Shown here: positions 60,634 through 64,000 of the stretch, in pieces | Layout: each line of letters opens with the position of its first letter | How positions within the stretch are numbered: the stretch's first letter is position 1 | From: an uncultured Kiloniellales bacterium | GTDB lineage: Bacteria > Actinomycetota > Acidimicrobiia > Spongiisociales > UBA5794 | Direction: 5' to 3' | Length of the DNA: 64,000 bases | Assembly (NCBI GenBank): GCA_964195155.1 | Contig: CAXMOP010000015.1 | Location: 10,056 to 74,055 of the forward strand | Made by a program: the position numbers and the translations under genes | Notes under the pieces: model-generated | The model's database searches: none | Seen by the model: the letters and a program-made list of their open reading frames with translations, nothing else | Told to the model about the DNA's origin: nothing

Positions 60634-62231
60634 GGTGGCGCACTGCCGCCGCAATCGCCCTCCCCGTCGCCTTCCTCGGATACTTCTTCGTTTATCCCCT
60701 CGTCTCCATCCTGCTCACCGGCCTCGACCCCGGCAACGCCGGTTCTGCTTTCTCTGCGGTCCTGACCGATCCGGTCTTGCGCTCGGTGGCGTGGTTCACG
60801 CTCTGGCAGGCGGTGGTATCGACGGTGCTGACCTTCGTCGTCGGCTTGCCGGCCGCCTACGTGTTCGCCCGGTTTGCGTTTCCCGGAAGAGGGTTGTTTC
60901 GGGCGTTGACGCTCGTCCCCTTTGTCCTGCCGACGCTGGCGGTCGCCACCGCGATGTTGTCCTTGTGGGGGGCGAGCAGCCCGCTTGGGATCGACCTGCG
61001 GGGCACGGTGTGGATCATCCTCATCGCGCATGTCTTCTACAACCTCGCCATCGTCATCCGCGGTGTCGGAAGCTTCTGGGAGCAGATCGATCCCAGGATC
61101 GAACAGGCCGCCCAGACGCTCGGAGCGAGCCGTATCCGTACCTTCATCGAGGTCACGCTCCCGCTGCTGCGCCCCGCCATCTGGTCCGCCGCCGCGCTGG
61201 TGTTCTTGTTCACGTTCACGTCGTTCGGCGTGGTCCTCGTGCTCGGGGATCTCTCCCACACCACGATCGAAGTCGAGATCTGGCGCCAAACCGCGGCTTT
61301 TGCCAGGCTCGATATTGCCGCAGCCCTAGCCATCTTTCAGCTCGTCGCGGTCACTGCGATCCTCCTCGCCTACGGTAGGTTCACGCGGGCCCGGAGCGTG
61401 GAACTGCCATACCGGGCGCCGGGAGAAACGGTGAGGCGGCCGCGCCGCGGCGGCGAGCGCTGGTTCGTCGGCGTCACTCTGGCGACGCTCGCCGTCATCG
61501 TGATTATCCCGATTGCGGTGCTGATCGGACGATCGCTCAGCACCGACAACGGCATCGGGCTCGAGAACTACGCCAACCTGTTCACCAGCCGCGGACTGCT
61601 CGGCCTCTCCGCTTCCGGGGCGATCGGCAATACGATGGGCTTTGCGGCCGTCGCGGTGCTGATCGCCATGGTCATAGGGAGCCTGGCCGCGGTATCGATC
61701 GCCTACGAGCGCGGCTGGGTCGGTCGCCTCTTCGATACCACGCTGATGCTGCCGCTCGGAGCCTCGGCGGTCATGATCGGATTCGGGTTCCTGGTTGCCC
61801 TCGATGAGCCATTTGACCTGAGGACTTCACTGGCGCTGATCCCGATCGCCCACTCCCTCGTTGCCATACCGTTCGTCGTGCGCAGCGTGGTGCCAGCGAT
61901 GCGCTCGGTGCAGCATCGCCTGCGCGAAGCGGCGGCGACCCTTGGAGCTTCTCCCGCCCAGGCTTGGCGGGCGATCGATCTGCCGATCATCGGGAGGGCG
62001 ATCGCGGTGGGGGCGGCATTCGCGTTCGCCATATCGGTCGGCGAGTTCGGTGCCACCGCCTTCATCGTCAGACCCGAGTCCACGACCATGCCGGTGGCCA
62101 TCTTCCGGCTCCTGGGCCGTCCGGGGACGTTCGGCGAGGCGATGGCGCTCTCGGTGCTGCTGGCCGGGCTCACGGCGCTGGCTGCCCTTTTGATCGAGCG
62201 GGTTCGCGGTGCGGCAAGCGGGGATTTCTGA
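60630..62231 (+). CDS. thiP: thiamine/iron-type ABC transporter permease (fused two-domain)
   Basis: ~533 aa with two six-helix halves, each carrying an EAA-like loop (QAAQTLGASRIRTF, EAAATLGASPAQAW). ATGA overlap with thiB. Confidence 0.75.
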   Translation: MRWRTAAAIALPVAFLGYFFVYPLVSILLTGLDPGNAGSAFSAVLTDPVLRSVAWFTLWQAVVSTVLTFVVGLPAAYVFARFAFPGRGLFRALTLVPFVLPTLAVATAMLSLWGASSPLGIDLRGTVWIILIAHVFYNLAIVIRGVGSFWEQIDPRIEQAAQTLGASRIRTFIEVTLPLLRPAIWSAAALVFLFTFTSFGVVLVLGDLSHTTIEVEIWRQTAAFARLDIAAALAIFQLVAVTAILLAYGRFTRARSVELPYRAPGETVRRPRRGGERWFVGVTLATLAVIVIIPIAVLIGRSLSTDNGIGLENYANLFTSRGLLGLSASGAIGNTMGFAAVAVLIAMVIGSLAAVSIAYERGWVGRLFDTTLMLPLGASAVMIGFGFLVALDEPFDLRTSLALIPIAHSLVAIPFVVRSVVPAMRSVQHRLREAAATLGASPAQAWRAIDLPIIGRAIAVGAAFAFAISVGEFGATAFIVRPESTTMPVAIFRLLGRPGTFGEAMALSVLLAGLTALAALLIERVRGAASGDF

Positions 62232-63142
62232 TGCTCGACGTCAGCGCAGTATCGATTCGATTCGGTGAAGTCACCGCCCTCGACGGCGTGAACCTGATTG
62301 TCGAGGACCGATCCGTAGTCTCGCTGATGGGTCCTTCGGGATCAGGCAAGTCCACGCTATTGCGAGTCATCTCAGGGCTCGAGCACCCCGATTCAGGCGA
62401 CGTGCGCTGGGACGGCTCCTCGGTACTCGACATCCCGACACACCGGCGCGAGTTCGGCATGATGTTCCAGGACTACGCCCTGTTTCCTCACCGCACGGTC
62501 GCCCAGAACGTCTCGTTCGGGTTGCGAATGCAGCGGCTTCCCGCCGACGAAATTGCCATTCGTAGAGAAGGGGCTCTCGATCTCGTCGGCCTCACCGACT
62601 ACGGACCTCGCTCGGTCGCAACCCTCTCGGGCGGAGAACAGCAGCGGGTTGCCCTGGCCAGGACACTGGCCCCAGAGCCGCGGCTCGTTCTGCTCGACGA
62701 GCCGCTCGGCGCCCTCGATCGAGCCTTGCGGGAGCGCCTCGTTGCGGACATGCGCGACATCTTTGAGTCGATCGGTGTGACCGCCCTCTACGTGACCCAC
62801 GACCGTGACGAGGCCTTCGCCATCGCCGACAAGGTCGCCGTCATCGACGGTGGCCGGATCATTGCGGAGGGAACGCCCGAGGAACTCTGGCACCGGTCCT
62901 CGACCGACCGCATCGGCGAGCTAATCGGATTGAACAACCGGCTGAAGGGCGCAGTCGAGGTGTCGACCAACGAGCCGACCAACGGCACCGTGCGTCGGTC
63001 GAGCTTTCGAAGCGGTCGCTACCAAGTCGAAGTTGATCTGGACGCCGGCTCGAGTGTCGTTGCAGTCTCGGATCAGCGCCTGGAAGCGGGAACCCGCGTC
63101 GGGATCACGTCGGAGCGGTCACCACTGAAGACTGAAGACTGA
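62231..63142 (+). CDS. thiQ: ABC transporter ATP-binding protein (ThiQ/FbpC-like with C-terminal extension)
   Basis: GPSGSGKST, LSGGEQQRVALAR, LLDEP. The stop lies inside the heptamer array. Confidence 0.8.
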   Translation: MLDVSAVSIRFGEVTALDGVNLIVEDRSVVSLMGPSGSGKSTLLRVISGLEHPDSGDVRWDGSSVLDIPTHRREFGMMFQDYALFPHRTVAQNVSFGLRMQRLPADEIAIRREGALDLVGLTDYGPRSVATLSGGEQQRVALARTLAPEPRLVLLDEPLGALDRALRERLVADMRDIFESIGVTALYVTHDRDEAFAIADKVAVIDGGRIIAEGTPEELWHRSSTDRIGELIGLNNRLKGAVEVSTNEPTNGTVRRSSFRSGRYQVEVDLDAGSSVVAVSDQRLEAGTRVGITSERSPLKTED

Positions 63143-63154
63143 AGACTGGCGACT
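63124..63154 (+). repeat. heptanucleotide microsatellite (ACTGAAG x3, then ACTGGCG ACT)
   Basis: Read directly. Contains the thiQ TGA (63140..63142). Confidence 0.9.
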
Positions 63155-63158
63155 TCGT

Positions 63159-63716
63159 TCAGTCGATCAGCTCGGCGGTGAACACCACCTGGCCAAATTC
63201 GGCCTGGAGGTTGACGATCGTGTACCGCGCCAACTCTCGTGCCCTGAACACCTGGTGGTTTGGCGCCTCAATGTCGAAAGTGGCGGTGGCGTCCCCGACG
63301 AAGAGGACTTCGTAGCCGAGGTCGTTGGCCATGCGGGCCGAGGTCTCACAGGACACGTTGGATTGGATGCCACAGATGGCAACGCCCTTGACGCCCTGTT
63401 CCTGCAGCCAGCCGTGAAGGTCGGGCTTGCCGAGGAATGCCGAGTGCGTCGACTTCACCACCAGCAGATCGGGCTTACCGCTGACCTCGTCCTTGAAGGC
63501 GTTGCCCTCGTTCCCGGCACCAAGCGGGGACATGTCGTCGTGTGAATCGTGGCGCACGAACACGATGGGCCATTTGTGGGAACGCCAGGCCTCGATCAGC
63601 TTGGCAACGTTGGCCTCGCACTCAGGGTTGTTGCGGGGGCCATAGAACGAATCGTCGTCAAAACCCTTTTGCATGTCGATGACGATGAGAGCGGTGCTCC
63701 CGTTCCAATCCGGCAC
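63159..63716 (-). CDS. cysteine hydrolase / isochorismatase family protein
   Basis: 185 aa. ALIVIDMQKGF, ...VVKSTHSAF..., AICGIQSNVSCETSA catalytic Cys pattern. Confidence 0.8.
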   Translation of the reverse strand: MPDWNGSTALIVIDMQKGFDDDSFYGPRNNPECEANVAKLIEAWRSHKWPIVFVRHDSHDDMSPLGAGNEGNAFKDEVSGKPDLLVVKSTHSAFLGKPDLHGWLQEQGVKGVAICGIQSNVSCETSARMANDLGYEVLFVGDATATFDIEAPNHQVFRARELARYTIVNLQAEFGQVVFTAELID

Positions 63717-63748
63717 TTCGCGTCCTCTCTTACTGCAGCTTGGCTGCG

Positions 63749-64000
63749 CTATGAAAACAACAGCGGGCCGAGCTTGGCGAACTCGTCGCGGGACGAGTAC
63801 GGCACGATGTAATCCTCCTCAACACGGATGTCATCGACGTGTTCGGCGACGTCCTCAATAGAAATCGGGCCTTCTTTTTCGGGATGTTTGAAGTATCCCA
63901 CGGTCAATCCGGTGAAGATCCGGCTCACCGAGCCGGCTCCGATCGACCAAACATCTCCGCTGAGCTCACAATCCTCGGAAACCAGATAGGCAACGGCCGG
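63749..64000 (-). CDS. SDR-type oxidoreductase, C-terminal part only (5' end off-window)
   Basis: My own translation of the minus strand: PAVAYLVSEDCELSGDVWSIGAGSVSRIFTGLTVGYFKHPEKEGPISIEDVAEHVDDIRVEEDYIVPYSSRDEFAKLGPLLFS*. Not in the ORF track because it has no start in the window. Confidence 0.5.
   Translation of the reverse strand, partial: PAVAYLVSEDCELSGDVWSIGAGSVSRIFTGLTVGYFKHPEKEGPISIEDVAEHVDDIRVEEDYIVPYSSRDEFAKLGPLLFS

Noticed and set aside
1-64000. Defence island, prophage, integron or secondary-metabolite cluster
   Set aside because: No integrase, phage structural, restriction-modification, Cas, toxin-antitoxin pair or biosynthetic core genes were recognisable. The gene content and order look like a conserved housekeeping region.

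Overview
High-GC chromosomal segment, most consistent with an Actinomycetota core-genome region. This rests on gene order (thpR-cinA-rimO, ftsK-rnj-dapA, dapB-M16 peptidase), a TCGAAC-N4-GTTCGA LexA box, many GTG starts and 4-nt gene overlaps. I call about 60 CDS, mostly housekeeping: arfB, lhr, aroQ, aspC/serC, dnaE2, typA, ychF, udk, and a TPP-riboswitch-controlled thiN-thiBPQ operon.

I found no rRNA, tRNA, CRISPR array, prophage or recognisable defence island. The only transposase is a decayed IS110 remnant. I see no clear-cut new multi-gene system and do not claim one.

The unusual content is mostly non-coding or repeat-based:
1. Seven copies or fragments of a ~110-bp MITE-like element with terminal inverted repeats and TA/CTAG junctions. 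The junction TAG serves as the stop codon of six flanking genes.
2. (GAGTCGC)n heptanucleotide microsatellites at five loci. One lies in frame inside dnaE2, next to two 60-bp hairpin-containing direct repeats.
3. A second hairpin repeat family showing compensatory stem changes between its two copies.
4. A perfect LexA box shared by dnaE2 and a divergent small-membrane-protein/ACT operon.
5. A translationally coupled HExxH-vWA protein plus CobS-like AAA+ ATPase with an apparent reciprocal Walker A/Walker B substitution. This is the best candidate for an uncharacterised protein system.
6. Several short tandem repeats, a G4-prone tract upstream of lhr, two decayed GNAT genes, and uncharacterised lipoprotein/RDD and DUF4097 operons.

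All calls come from reading the supplied ORF translations and the sequence by eye. No homology search, folding or statistics were run. Coordinates of short non-coding features may be off by 1-3 nt.
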